This document shows, in pieces, positions 63,786-64,000 of a DNA stretch of 64,000 nucleotides. The notes beneath the pieces are model-generated. The model was not told the origin of the DNA. It saw nothing but the letters and a program-made list of their open reading frames with translations, and did not search any database. A program made the position numbers and the translations under genes. Source of the DNA: Antedon mediterranea (lineage: Eukaryota; Animalia; Echinodermata); NCBI RefSeq assembly GCF_964355755.1, contig NC_092679.1, forward strand, positions 2,944,201 to 3,008,200, given 5' to 3'. Position 1 is the first letter of the stretch. Every line of letters starts with the position of its first letter.

Positions 63786-64000
63786 ATAACATATTATTGA
63801 ATCTATACCTGAATTATACAGAGTTTGTTTTAGAAAGCATGGGTGCATTCCCCATCCTTTAATTAGCGACTCCTGTGCTTGTTTTTAAAATACAGCTGAT
63901 AAATATTGTGTCATACGTCTTGTTCTTTCCTTTTATTAATTAATGTTAATACGTTTTGCAATTCCTGTTCTAGTTGTAACTGTAGACCTGCCATCTTAGT

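Overview
AT-rich, intron-rich animal genomic DNA. It looks invertebrate; the Deu/Nin-like SINEs are compatible with a deuterostome such as an echinoderm, but that is only inference. Five spliced genes were rebuilt by hand with GT-AG junctions and consistent phases: (1) an uncharacterised ~646-aa Glu/Pro-rich protein ending in an AMPK-beta-type glycogen-binding module (CBM48), 1996-11698 (+); (2) AMPK beta subunit PRKAB, 20148-28938 (+); (3) peroxiredoxin-5, 34191-32098 (-); (4) eIF5, 35968-44234 (+); (5) MEMO1, 45592-48320 (+). From about 49.6 kb the window is satellite arrays and non-autonomous DNA transposons. The most striking item is gene 1. It appears to be a local partial duplicate of the neighbouring AMPK-beta CBM, with identical intron positions and phases. 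Its central CBM exon is itself duplicated into two apparently mutually exclusive versions: one keeps and one has lost the key glycogen-binding Lys/Trp residues. This makes it a candidate splice-switched glycogen-binding scaffold with an optional N-terminal membrane anchor. eIF5 carries a spliced, poor-context, CDS-overlapping uORF typical of its autoregulation.
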